A stretch of 64,000 nucleotides of DNA. Source: an uncultured bacterium (GTDB taxonomy: Bacteria > Verrucomicrobiota > Lentisphaeria > Victivallales > UBA1829). The notes beneath the pieces were generated by a model. That model was not told the origin of the DNA and ran no database searches. It saw only the letters and a program-made list of their open reading frames with translations. The position numbers and the translations under genes were made by a program. Below, one piece after another: positions 1-9,259 of this stretch. The stretch's first letter is position 1. Every line of letters begins with the position of its first letter. The stretch is taken from NCBI GenBank assembly GCA_902780135.1, contig CACZEK010000003.1:65560-129559 (forward strand), written 5' to 3'.

Positions 1-198
1 GGAGACGCCCAGGAACGCCATGCACCCGGCGACGCCCCAGCTGGAAATGGCGGACGTCTGCGCGGCGGTGAACCCGAGCGATTCGCGGATCTGGTCGTAC
101 ACCATGCCCGGCACTCCGGCGCGCGTGGCGGCTCCGATGGCGTAGACCACGGCGGCGAAGAAGAAGATCAGAATCGTCGGGAGCGGGATCTTTTTCAT
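1..198 (-). CDS. Membrane transporter, probably MFS (N-terminal part; runs off window start)
   Basis: Manual translation from ATG at 198: MKKIPLPTILIFFFAAVVYAIGATRAGVPGMVYDQIRESLGFTAAQTSAISSWGVAGCMAFLGVS. It resembles MFS TM1-loop-TM2 and lies directly downstream of the HAD gene. Confidence 0.5.
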   Translation of the reverse strand, partial: MKKIPLPTILIFFFAAVVYAIGAATRAGVPGMVYDQIRESLGFTAAQTSAISSWGVAGCMAFLGVS

Positions 199-228
199 GG
201 GCGTTTTTCCGGGGGGAAATAAAAGAAG

Positions 229-1044
229 TCAGGGGAGGGCGTCGGGGAACGTTTCGCGCAGCACGCGCATCACGCCGTCGTCCTCGTTGGACGGCGCGCG
301 GAACCGTGCAGCGGCGAGCAGATCGGGGTGCCCGTTCGCCATGGCGTAGCTCAGCCCGACCTGCCGGATCATTTCGAGGTCGTTCGGGTAGTCGCCGAAC
401 GCCATGCACTGGCGGGGCGCGACGCCGAGGCGTTTCTGGAGAAATTCGATCGCGATGCCCTTGTTCACGTCGGCGCGCATGATGTCGATCCAGTTCTGAC
501 CCGCCAGCGTGACTTTCAGGCGGTCGCGGAACGGCGCGAAATGCGGCTCGCAGCGGTCGGCGGCGCTCACGGGATCGAACACCGCCACCTTCACCACGGA
601 GTCGCCCGCTTCGGCGACCGCGGCAAGCGGATCGTCCGCGAACGTGCGCCGTCTGTAGTAGATCGCGGTGTTTTCGCGTCCGGCGGGATCGCACGCGCTG
701 CCGATGTACGCCGACTGCACGCCGCAGAGGACCGTGGTCGCGGGGATCGCGGAGCCGGTATGGTAAAGCGCGGGCAGGATGTCAGCGGGGAGCGGGCGGC
801 TGAAGATGTTTTCCGCGCCGTCGAACACGAGTCCGCCGTTCTCGGAGAAGAAGAACAGCTTGTCCGCGATGCGTTCGAACATGGCGGCGAGGTTGAAATA
901 CTGGCGTCCGCTGGCGATGACGAACCGCACGCCGCGCGGATACAGCGCCTCCACCATGGGGACGAAATCCGGCGGGATCTCCTTGCGGTCGTTGAGCAGC
1001 GTGCCGTCCAGGTCGACGGCGATCAGTCTGACGTCGGGGCGCAT
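229..1044 (-). CDS. Cof-type HAD-IIB family hydrolase
   Basis: Motif I IAVDLDGTLL, motif II IASGR, motif III/IV VNKG...AFGDYPNDLEM. Confidence 0.93.
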   Translation of the reverse strand: MRPDVRLIAVDLDGTLLNDRKEIPPDFVPMVEALYPRGVRFVIASGRQYFNLAAMFERIADKLFFFSENGGLVFDGAENIFSRPLPADILPALYHTGSAIPATTVLCGVQSAYIGSACDPAGRENTAIYYRRRTFADDPLAAVAEAGDSVVKVAVFDPVSAADRCEPHFAPFRDRLKVTLAGQNWIDIMRADVNKGIAIEFLQKRLGVAPRQCMAFGDYPNDLEMIRQVGLSYAMANGHPDLLAAARFRAPSNEDDGVMRVLRETFPDALP

Positions 1045-1063
1045 GCGGTCGGGCTTGAGCTTG

Positions 1064-1333
1064 TTACGGTTCGATCATGTCGTCCAAGCGGAACGGCAGG
1101 GGGAGCATGTCCTGGCTCTGCACCCACGCCTTCACCGTGGGGGCCAGCAGAAAGTCCTCCAGCGCCTGGTCCTTCGCGAACTTGTGGTCGCAGTACGGGC
1201 AGCGGGAAAAAGCCTCGACGTCCGGCTGCGCGAGCATTTCGCCGCAGACGGGGCACACGAGGTAACGCTGTTCGCCGCCGTCTTCGACCGGGGGGACCGG
1301 GACGGTCGGAACGTGGATTGCGGGTCTGATCAT
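1064..1333 (-). CDS. Small zinc-ribbon protein (89 aa)
   Basis: CPVC...CPYC pairs; co-oriented with and 20 nt upstream of the HAD gene; host-like codon usage. Confidence 0.6.
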   Translation of the reverse strand: MIRPAIHVPTVPVPPVEDGGEQRYLVCPVCGEMLAQPDVEAFSRCPYCDHKFAKDQALEDFLLAPTVKAWVQSQDMLPLPFRLDDMIEP

Positions 1334-1401
1334 TTGAATCTTTCATCCTTTCTTTTTGCCATCTTTTTTTCCGGGAGCGCACCCCAGCGGGGTGTCGGGC
1401 A

Positions 1402-1423
1402 GTGTCCGGCTTCGCCCGGACAC
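1402..1423. repeat. REP-like palindrome, module A
   Basis: GTGTCCGGCTTCGCCCGGACAC; its reverse complement matches 35838-35859 with one mismatch. Confidence 0.7.
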
Positions 1424-1614
1424 GGGCATCCGTTGAAAACACCGCGCTCCTATAATCAATATAGCGCGCGCACCGTTTTTTTCAACCCGCGCCCGCCGGA
1501 ATTTCCGAAAAAACCCGGTGCGGACGCCGGAAAAAACGCATCCGCGGCTTGCATTTCCCGCGTGGGTGGTGTATGGTATCGAATCATCCATTTTGCTTTA
1601 CAGGGGGATCGGTC

Positions 1615-2058
1615 ATGAACAGCGGACGGGATCAGTTGAACCGGATTGTGCGGCGGCGGGGCTTTTGCGCGGCCGCACTGCTTGCCGTCTGGCTGCTCCT
1701 GAACAGTCTCCTGACCGCTGCCGCCGCCGGAAACGGCGGTCCGGTGTCCGCCGGGATCCTCTCCGAACCGTCGTCCTCGCCGCGCGGCATCCGTTCCGAG
1801 GCGGAACGCGCCGGGCATCTCGCGGTCATGCGGACCGGCGGAGGCGCGGGGCTTCAGGTCGGCGGACGCAACAGCCGTCCCGGCCTCAGCCCCGTTCAGA
1901 AACTCCAGTCGGACGCTGCCCGTCCCGAGCCGCCGCATCTGCGCGAACCCGCCCCGAACTGCCCGTTCCGCATCGAATCCTCCGGCCAGTCGTGCCTTTT
2001 CCAGCTTTTTCCCCGTTCCTATCTGCCCGTGAGGGCGGGACCGGTTTCCCCCTGTTGA
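1615..2058 (+). CDS. Putative leader/arrest-peptide-like protein: N-terminal hydrophobic segment, C-terminal RAGP
   Basis: ATG 1615 after a GGGGG RBS; RRRGFCAAALLAVWLLLNSLL signal/TM; low-complexity linker; ends YLPVRAGPVSPC. Confidence 0.55.
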   Translation: MNSGRDQLNRIVRRRGFCAAALLAVWLLLNSLLTAAAAGNGGPVSAGILSEPSSSPRGIRSEAERAGHLAVMRTGGGAGLQVGGRNSRPGLSPVQKLQSDAARPEPPHLREPAPNCPFRIESSGQSCLFQLFPRSYLPVRAGPVSPC

Positions 2059-2072
2059 GTTGAAAATCGCCC

Positions 2073-2110
2073 GGACGGCACACTTTTTTTGAGGCTGGCG
2101 TGTGCCGTCC
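2073..2110 (+). promoter_or_regulatory. 11-bp perfect inverted repeat between the RAGP ORF and the small membrane ORF
   Basis: GGACGGCACAC (2073-2083) / GTGTGCCGTCC (2100-2110). Confidence 0.55.
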
Positions 2111-2145
2111 GCACCATCATCTCCGCGACAGAAAGGGAAAACACT

Positions 2146-2256
2146 ATGAAACGCTATCTTGCGGAACACTGGGACACCGTTCTCTGCATCGGTCTCAGCA
2201 TCCTTCTCGCCGTCGGCGGCATCCTCGCCTTTTTCTGGATGTTCCCCTCCGAATAA
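2146..2256 (+). CDS. Small single-pass membrane protein (36 aa), absent from the ORF track
   Basis: GAAAGGG RBS then ATG 2146; MKRYLAEHWDTVLCIGLSILLAVGGILAFFWMFPSE*; host-like codons. Confidence 0.6.
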   Translation: MKRYLAEHWDTVLCIGLSILLAVGGILAFFWMFPSE

Positions 2257-2343
2257 CGGCGTAACGCCCCGAAAAAACACCGCCGCCGTCCGTGACTTGA
2301 ATCCGGGCGGCGGCGATTTGCGTTTGCGGAAGGACGAGCCGAA

Positions 2344-5300
2344 TCAATCCTTCCCCGGGCGGTTGCCGTAGGGGAAGAAGAAGATCCTGCCGCCGGTTTT
2401 CCCGTCCTCCACGGAGCGTTCGAAGAGGCCGCCGAGGAAGGACCACTCGTGGAAACCGGGGGCGTCCTTCGTGGTGATGAACGGGAAGATGAACTTGCGG
2501 GTGTTGATGCCGTCGGTGTCCATGTTGTAGAGGTATCCGAGGATGCTCCGGTGTTCCTTCGCGCCGAGCTTCTGGCTGTTCGCGCCGAGCCCGAAGAGGA
2601 CCTTGGTCTGGTAGTCGCCGGTCTCTTCGCAGCTGAAGGACGAGGACAGGATGCCGCTGGCGGTGTTGAATCCGGAGATCGTGCGTGTCACGAGGCGGTC
2701 GGCGGCGATCCCGCTGAGGCATGTCTCAAGGGCTTCCGTCAGGAGCGCGTTCGGTGCGGGCGGCTTCATGCCGTTCTTTTCCATGGCGACGATGACGTTG
2801 TTCAGGAGTCTCTGATACTCCGTCAGCCCCGTTTCGAACTTGTCCGGCGTGAGACTCAATGCCTCGGCGACGGTCATCCGGCCGAGTTCGGCGGCGTTGA
2901 ATCCCGAAACACAGTCCATCTTGTACAGACGGTACAGGTCGAGGTAGATGCTGCGGACCGCGTCCTTCGTGTCGGGCTTCCACTGGAGGAACGTCTCGTC
3001 GGAGGAGTTGAACAGGAAGAGCGCGTAGTGGTCGGTGCTGCCGCGGACCGGGAATCCGGTGTGCGACGCCTGAAGCGGGTTCACGCCCGGCTGGAGGATC
3101 CGCCTCGGATCGGGGATCGCCTCGTCGTGCCGCTGCGTCGCGCCGAAGTAGAGCAGGGGGCAGAGGATTCCGAGGGAGGAGCCTTCGTCGGAGGAGGTCC
3201 CGCCGGAGAGGAGCGGGAGCACGAACCAGGATTTCGAGATGTTGGAGAGGTCGCCGTCGCGGTCGAGGCAGTCCTTGCTCCAGAAGAAGAACGGGTAGAA
3301 CCCGCTGGAGGTGGAGCGTTCGTCGCCGTTCCAGAAAATCTCGTTCTCCCAGCGGACGATATTGTCCGCCATCGCCTGCGTGTCGGCGGCGGTGCGCGCG
3401 CCGTCGCGGTAGGCGGTCACGGCGGAAACGATGTCCTTGAAGCGCGCGTACTTCTTCAGCGCGGTGTTGCATGCCGCCGTGACCCGGAGGCCCCAGAAGT
3501 CCGCGAGGATGGGATCTTCGTCCGCGGCGGGCTGTTCCTTCAGAAGCTTCGCGAAGCTGTTGAGCGTCTCCGCGTCCAGGGTCCGGGGGCGGATCTCCGT
3601 GCTGGAACGGATGAGTCCGAGCGTGGAGAAGCTGTCGTCCGTGCATGCGTGCCCGTTGGCGAGGGTGTAGTACGTCTCGCTGGATTTGCTGCCGAGGATG
3701 CCGAGCAGCACGTCGGTCGAGGATGCCCTTTCCGTGATCTCGGTGTAGGTCAGCGGGGTCAGGACCTCGGTGGAAACGGCCTTCGTTTCGCCGTCCTTTT
3801 CGTTCACGGTGCGGTCGACGCCGAAGAGCGGGAAGAATCCGTAGCGGGTTTCGACGTTCCTGCCGCCGGACGCATGGATCTTCAGCCCGGCGTCCATGAG
3901 GCGTTTCACCGTGTCCTCCGCCTCCTTCGCGGTCATTTCGCCGGAGAGCGCGCGGTCCATGCCGCAGACGCGGAAGACTTCCTCGTTCGGGACGCCGGGG
4001 ATGATCTGCCTGACGCCGGACGGGTTGACGACGGTCACGGATTTGATCTCCCCGCCACTGGAGGACATGAGCGGGCCGCCGGGCGCCGGGGGCTGCGGGA
4101 CCGGGGTCCTGCCCGGAATATACTGCTTTCCGGCGTAGTCGGTATTGAGGTCGCGGCTCCACTGTTCGCTCTCCTCGGAGCCGTCCTCCATGAGGGCGCG
4201 CCGCAGGAGGTGTTCGATGCTCTCCTCCAGGTAAGCCTGCGGCGTGTAGTCGATCCGGGAGGAATACGGGACCTCGGTGTCGCGGAACCAGTACGGGAAG
4301 ACGCCGAGGATGTTGGTGTAGCTGGACGTCCGGTCGAATCCGTAGCTGTCGCGGCTCCGGTCGGAGCCGGACGTGAACAGGATGTGCCAGAGCAGCCAGT
4401 TCGAGCTGGAGTCCTTGTCGCGGTCGAATCCGAAGAGGTAGAAGAGCAGCCGCAGGTCGCGTTCGCCCTCGTTCGACGCGGTCCATTCGAAGAACGGATG
4501 CAGCGCGGTCGTGCGGACTTCCCACTTCGACGCGATCTCGTCGTCCACCTTGGTCCGCGCCTCCTCGCTCGTGAGGTCGTCCTCCTTCATGCGCGCCTTC
4601 ACGTCGTCCATGTAGGACGGCGAGTAGCCCCAGCGCGGGACGTAGTCGTCGCGTTCGTGCGCCGCCTTGAACCGGTTGCCCTTCTTCTCGTGGTCGGCGT
4701 AGATGAGGTAGCGGCGGCCGTGGACGGACGTGGTCGCGCGGTATTCGGGGTAGTCGTAGTCCTCGCGGAAGTACGGGATGGACGTGAATTCGGAGCCGAA
4801 GCGGTCCTTCTCCCAGCTGTACACGGGGAAGAGGTAGCTCCTGTTCGCCTCGCCCCGGCTGCGCTCGACGCGGAAGAACGGGAAGAAGCCGTACTCGCGC
4901 TCGTCATCGTCGTACGCCCACCACAGCGGGCCGACGTACTTCATGTCGTCCTCGGACGACGAGCCGCGGAAGAACGGGAAGACGCCCCACGCCGTGTGCC
5001 CCCAGTAGCCGAGCAGCAGCACGTTGCCCTCCGTCCAGGTCTCCTCCTCGCCGTCCTTGTGCGTGGCGGAATGGTTTTTCCACTTGCAGACGGGGAGGAT
5101 GAGCCCGCCGTCCTTGTCGAACCACGCGAACGGGAAGAGTCCGCGGTCCTCGGTGTTGTGGTCCCACCACCAGAGCAGGATGTTGTTGAAATGTTCGTCG
5201 CGCTTGTCGATGGCGTAGAACGGGAAGAAGCCGTGGCGCTCCCAGTCGTTCCGCCAGTAGCCGAGGAACAGGTATTGCCCCTTGATCCATTTGTCTTTCT

Positions 5301-6015
5301 GTTCGTCATATCCCGTTGCCATCCAGAGCAGCGGCGAGAGGAAAAAGTCGTTTTTGTCGTACAGATAGAGGGGAAACAGAGAGGAACTTTCCCCGACCCA
5401 GTGCCAGTAGAGCGGGAAGAGCCCGAACGCTTCCGTTTTTCCTCTGCCACCCCACCAGACCGGCCCGACGAATTCAAGCTCTTTCCCGAAGTAGCAGACG
5501 GGGAAAAGCCCGACGCGTCCTTCGTTGCCGAAGAGCGGTCCGGCGAACCAGAAATCGTCTTCCTCCTTCCCGATATGCATCAGCGGGAAGATGCCGAAGT
5601 GGTTTTTGTTCCAGTAGGCGTTCAGCGCCCAGCCGTCGCCGTTGACCGGATTCCACGCGCAGAGCGGGAAGAGGATGGAGTATTCGTTGCCCTCCTGGTT
5701 GAAGAACGGGCGGACCGCCATGCCGAAGTCGTCCCAGTCGATGAACGGCCACAGCACGCTGACATAGCGGCTGTTCACGGTGCAGAACGGCCAGATGTTG
5801 ACCTGGCGGTCCTTCAGCCCGACGGGGGCGCGGAGATTGACGACGGCGTCGTCGAACCTGCCGCCGGAGATGCGGCTCGCCTTCGGCGCGGAGTAGGAAT
5901 CGGAATCGTAGCTGATGCGGTTCATGCGTTCGCTGGAGGCGCAGGAGGAGACAAGCAGTGCCGCGAGAAGCGCGAGAGCGGAGAGGAAGGATGCTTTCAG
6001 GTGGCGCGGATTCAT
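2344..6015 (-). CDS. Large (1223 aa) putative lipoprotein with many aromatic xFPxF/W beta-repeat motifs
   Basis: Lipobox-like LLVSSC; recurring GLFPLYW/GFFPFF/VGPLWW-type motifs; strong host codon bias on this strand. Confidence 0.75.
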   Translation of the reverse strand: MNPRHLKASFLSALALLAALLVSSCASSERMNRISYDSDSYSAPKASRISGGRFDDAVVNLRAPVGLKDRQVNIWPFCTVNSRYVSVLWPFIDWDDFGMAVRPFFNQEGNEYSILFPLCAWNPVNGDGWALNAYWNKNHFGIFPLMHIGKEEDDFWFAGPLFGNEGRVGLFPVCYFGKELEFVGPVWWGGRGKTEAFGLFPLYWHWVGESSSLFPLYLYDKNDFFLSPLLWMATGYDEQKDKWIKGQYLFLGYWRNDWERHGFFPFYAIDKRDEHFNNILLWWWDHNTEDRGLFPFAWFDKDGGLILPVCKWKNHSATHKDGEEETWTEGNVLLLGYWGHTAWGVFPFFRGSSSEDDMKYVGPLWWAYDDDEREYGFFPFFRVERSRGEANRSYLFPVYSWEKDRFGSEFTSIPYFREDYDYPEYRATTSVHGRRYLIYADHEKKGNRFKAAHERDDYVPRWGYSPSYMDDVKARMKEDDLTSEEARTKVDDEIASKWEVRTTALHPFFEWTASNEGERDLRLLFYLFGFDRDKDSSSNWLLWHILFTSGSDRSRDSYGFDRTSSYTNILGVFPYWFRDTEVPYSSRIDYTPQAYLEESIEHLLRRALMEDGSEESEQWSRDLNTDYAGKQYIPGRTPVPQPPAPGGPLMSSSGGEIKSVTVVNPSGVRQIIPGVPNEEVFRVCGMDRALSGEMTAKEAEDTVKRLMDAGLKIHASGGRNVETRYGFFPLFGVDRTVNEKDGETKAVSTEVLTPLTYTEITERASSTDVLLGILGSKSSETYYTLANGHACTDDSFSTLGLIRSSTEIRPRTLDAETLNSFAKLLKEQPAADEDPILADFWGLRVTAACNTALKKYARFKDIVSAVTAYRDGARTAADTQAMADNIVRWENEIFWNGDERSTSSGFYPFFFWSKDCLDRDGDLSNISKSWFVLPLLSGGTSSDEGSSLGILCPLLYFGATQRHDEAIPDPRRILQPGVNPLQASHTGFPVRGSTDHYALFLFNSSDETFLQWKPDTKDAVRSIYLDLYRLYKMDCVSGFNAAELGRMTVAEALSLTPDKFETGLTEYQRLLNNVIVAMEKNGMKPPAPNALLTEALETCLSGIAADRLVTRTISGFNTASGILSSSFSCEETGDYQTKVLFGLGANSQKLGAKEHRSILGYLYNMDTDGINTRKFIFPFITTKDAPGFHEWSFLGGLFERSVEDGKTGGRIFFFPYGNRPGKD

Positions 6016-6069
6016 GGGAATGCTTTCTGTTGAGTTTATATGAGTTTGATTGATATGCGGTCGGTCGGT

Positions 6070-8217
6070 TCAGAATGGCGGACCGTCGAGGTCCTTCGAG
6101 AGGGAGCGGATGCGGTCGCGGAGCTGTGCGGCGCGTTCGAATTCGAGCGCCTCCGCCGCCTCGAGCATCTGGGATTCGAGTTCGAGCACGAGTTCGTCGA
6201 TGCTGGCGGCTCCGGTCTGCTTCAGGATCTCCTCGGTCTCGCTCAGCGTGATCGTGTTGCCCTTCATGCCGCGTCCCTTCTTCGCTTTCGCGGGGCGCGT
6301 CTTCATGCCGGTGTGGTAGGGCGCGCCGGGTTCGTGGAAGGTGTAGGCGCGTCCGGAGTTCGAGGCGGCGGGCGCGGAGGCGGTTTCGGGCTGTGTCGCG
6401 CCGATGATCTCGGCGATGGTCTCGCGCGGCGGCTTGATGATGGTGTGCGGCACGATGCCGTGCTCGGCGTTGTAGGCGTTCTGCTTGGCGCGGCGCGCCT
6501 CGGTGGTCTCGATGAGCGCCTTCATGCTGTCGGTCATGTTGTCGGCGTAGAGGATGACCTTGCCGTCGGCGTTTCGGGCGGCGCGTCCGGCGACCTGGAT
6601 GAGGGACCGGCGCGACCTCAGGAAACCTTCCTTGTCGGCGTCGAGGATGGCGACGAGGCGGATCTCCGGGAGGTCGATGCCCTCGCGGATGAGGTTGATG
6701 CCGACGATGCAGTCGAAGTCGCCGCGCCGGAGTTCGTTCAGGATCTTCACGCGTTCGATGGCGTCGATCTCGGAGTGCAGGTATTTCACGCGGATCCCGA
6801 CGTCGGACAGGTAGTCGGCGAGGCGTTCGGAGCTTTTCTTGGTGAGCGTGACGACGAGCGAACGCGCCCCGTCCGCCGCGGCCGCCTTGATCTCCGCGAT
6901 CACGTCGTCGATCTGCGTGGCGAGCGGGCGCACCTCGACCGGCGGATCGAGCAGTCCGGTCGGGCGCACGACCAGCTCGACCACGGCGTCGCCGCACATC
7001 TGCATCTCGTAGTCGCCGGGCGTGGCGGAGACGTAGACGGTGTCGCCGGTGAGCCCGAGGAATTCGTCGAAGGTGAGCGGGCGGTTGTCGAGGGCGGAGG
7101 GGAGCCGGAACCCGTAGTCGACGAGCGTCTGCTTGCGGCTGCGGTCCGCCTTGTACATCGCCTGGAGCTGGGGGAGCGTCACGTGGGATTCGTCGATGAA
7201 GAGCAGGTAGTCCTTCGGCATGAAGTCGACGAGGCAGAACGGGCGGGAGCCGGGCGCGCGGCCGGAGAGGTGGCGCGAATAGTTTTCGATGCCGGGGCAG
7301 TAGCCGATCTCCTTCATCATCTCGACATCGTAGTTCACGCGCTGGAAGAGGCGCTGCGCCTCGACGAGCTTGCCCTGTTCTTCGAAGTTATGCACGCAGG
7401 TCCGCATCTCCTCCAGAATGCCGTTCATGGCGGCGTCGATCTTCTCCTGCGGCAGCACGAAATGGCGCGCCGGGAAGATGAGCGCCTTGCGGCACTGGGC
7501 GATCACGTGTCCGGTCACGAGGTCGCGCCGGGAGAGCGATTCGATGGTGTCGCCCCAGAACTCCACGCGCAGGAACTCCTCCTTCTGCGACAGGAAGACG
7601 TCCACGCAGTCGCCGCGCACGCGGAACTGGCCGCGTTCGGGCGCCATGTCGTTGCGTTCGTACTGGATGGCGACGAGCATGTGGAGGAACTGGTCGCGGT
7701 CGAGCTCGTCCCCGGCGGCGAGGCGGAGGCTCATGGAGTCGTAGTCCTCGGGCGAGGTCAGGCCGTAGATGCAGGAGACGCTGGCGACGACGAGCGTGTC
7801 GCGGCGTTCGAGCAGGGACGCGGTCGCGCTGAGGCGGAGGCGCTCGATGTTGTCGTTGATGCTGGCATCCTTCGCGATGTAGGTGTCGGTCTGCGGGATG
7901 TAGGATTCGGGCAGGTAGTAGTCGTAGTAGCTGATGAAGTATTCGACGGCGTTCGCGGGGAAGAACGCCTTGAACTCGCTGTAGAGCTGGGCGGCGAGCG
8001 TCTTGTTGTGGGAGAGCACGAGCGCGGGGCGGTTCAGCTCGGATTCGAGCAGCTTCGCGAGCGTGAACGTCTTGCCGCTGCCCGTGACGCCGAGGAGCGT
8101 CTGGTGGCGGATGCCGCGGTCGAGGTTCTCCTTCAGCTGCCGGATGGCGTCCGCCTGGTCGCCCGCGGGTTCGTAGTCGGAGACCACGCGGAATATTTCG
8201 CCGGAGTCCTGGATCAT
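6070..8217 (-). CDS. uvrB: Excinuclease ABC subunit B
   Basis: LGVTGSGKT Walker A, HNKTLAAQLY, YDYYLPE beta-hairpin, IDESH, DADKEGFLRS, C-terminal UVR domain (LEFERAAQLRD). Confidence 0.98.
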   Translation of the reverse strand: MIQDSGEIFRVVSDYEPAGDQADAIRQLKENLDRGIRHQTLLGVTGSGKTFTLAKLLESELNRPALVLSHNKTLAAQLYSEFKAFFPANAVEYFISYYDYYLPESYIPQTDTYIAKDASINDNIERLRLSATASLLERRDTLVVASVSCIYGLTSPEDYDSMSLRLAAGDELDRDQFLHMLVAIQYERNDMAPERGQFRVRGDCVDVFLSQKEEFLRVEFWGDTIESLSRRDLVTGHVIAQCRKALIFPARHFVLPQEKIDAAMNGILEEMRTCVHNFEEQGKLVEAQRLFQRVNYDVEMMKEIGYCPGIENYSRHLSGRAPGSRPFCLVDFMPKDYLLFIDESHVTLPQLQAMYKADRSRKQTLVDYGFRLPSALDNRPLTFDEFLGLTGDTVYVSATPGDYEMQMCGDAVVELVVRPTGLLDPPVEVRPLATQIDDVIAEIKAAAADGARSLVVTLTKKSSERLADYLSDVGIRVKYLHSEIDAIERVKILNELRRGDFDCIVGINLIREGIDLPEIRLVAILDADKEGFLRSRRSLIQVAGRAARNADGKVILYADNMTDSMKALIETTEARRAKQNAYNAEHGIVPHTIIKPPRETIAEIIGATQPETASAPAASNSGRAYTFHEPGAPYHTGMKTRPAKAKKGRGMKGNTITLSETEEILKQTGAASIDELVLELESQMLEAAEALEFERAAQLRDRIRSLSKDLDGPPF

Positions 8218-8226
8218 GGTTTCGCC

Positions 8227-9231
8227 TCAGACCTGTTTGCCCTGCATGGCGCTTTCGAGCAGGCGGCACGCGGACTGGTAGCGGCACTTGCGGCACGCCT
8301 CGCGGTTTTCGCAGGGCGGGAAGTCCTCCGGGTGCGCGAGGCCGTCCTTGTCGATGAGCGCGAGCATCTCCGCGCTGCTCCGGTCGATCATGGATTCGAT
8401 GTCCGGCTCGAAGAGGTTGTAGACCACGCTGGAGAGCTCCTGCGAGAAGGTGAACGTGGTGATGTTGACGGGGAATCTTGGGTAGCGCCGGGCGCAGTAG
8501 AGGGCGAAGAGCGAGTTCAGGCGTCCGATGCGGGCGAAGAAATCGGTGTCGCTTTCGCGGTTCGTGAGGCGGACTTCGGCGTTGATGGCGGACGCCGCGC
8601 CGTCGCGGAAATAGATGAGTCCGGGCACGAGCCAGACGGGGAACCCCTTGTAGTCGATGCTGATGAAGACGTCGTCGGTGCGGAGGTCGACGAAGCTGAT
8701 GTTCGCGAGGTCGGCGATGATGTCGGAGCGCGAGAGCATGGCGTAGGCGTCGCCGAGGATGTTGACCGCCATTGCCGTGAGCTTGTCGACGTCGGCGAAA
8801 TCGCCGATCCCGAGGTGGTATTCCAGGATCGCGGGGCGTTTCGCGTCGTAGAGGTATTCGCGATTTTTCAGGCTCATCTGCAGGTCCGCCGTCGCCTTGC
8901 CGATCTGCCGCAGCAGGTAGAACCCGAATCCGCGGCGCTTGTGGCCGGGCGAACCCGCGCTCATCTTGGCGAACGCTTCGCGGATGGAGTCGCGGAGCGT
9001 GTGGGAGAGCCAGGTGTCGAACGGCATCAGGTACTTGCTGAAATACGCCTCGCGGGCGAGCGTGTGGGAATAGGCGTCCCACCCGCCCTGCGCGAGGTAG
9101 TACCGGATGAAATACGCCCGGCGGCAGAACCGGAAGAGGTAGTGCCTGGCGAGGGACCAGGAGAATTCCTCCGTCCGGATCGGCGGGAGCGGCCCGGCGG
9201 CGTTTCTGACTTCCTGTTCGAAATCTCTCAT
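8227..9231 (-). CDS. PD-(D/E)XK (RecB/AddB/Cas4-like) fold protein with Fe-S cysteines, catalytic motifs degenerate
   Basis: N-terminal FSWS..R...F..CRRAYF..Y...GGW; C-terminal CRKCRYQSAC; central VPGLIY...INAEV where xxD...DxK is expected. Confidence 0.6.
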   Translation of the reverse strand: MRDFEQEVRNAAGPLPPIRTEEFSWSLARHYLFRFCRRAYFIRYYLAQGGWDAYSHTLAREAYFSKYLMPFDTWLSHTLRDSIREAFAKMSAGSPGHKRRGFGFYLLRQIGKATADLQMSLKNREYLYDAKRPAILEYHLGIGDFADVDKLTAMAVNILGDAYAMLSRSDIIADLANISFVDLRTDDVFISIDYKGFPVWLVPGLIYFRDGAASAINAEVRLTNRESDTDFFARIGRLNSLFALYCARRYPRFPVNITTFTFSQELSSVVYNLFEPDIESMIDRSSAEMLALIDKDGLAHPEDFPPCENREACRKCRYQSACRLLESAMQGKQV

Positions 9232-9259
9232 GGCGCACCCGAAGAGCGAACGGCGGGGA

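Noticed and set aside
8227-9231. Cas4 of a CRISPR adaptation module
   Set aside because: No cas1, cas2 or array nearby, and the catalytic motifs are absent.
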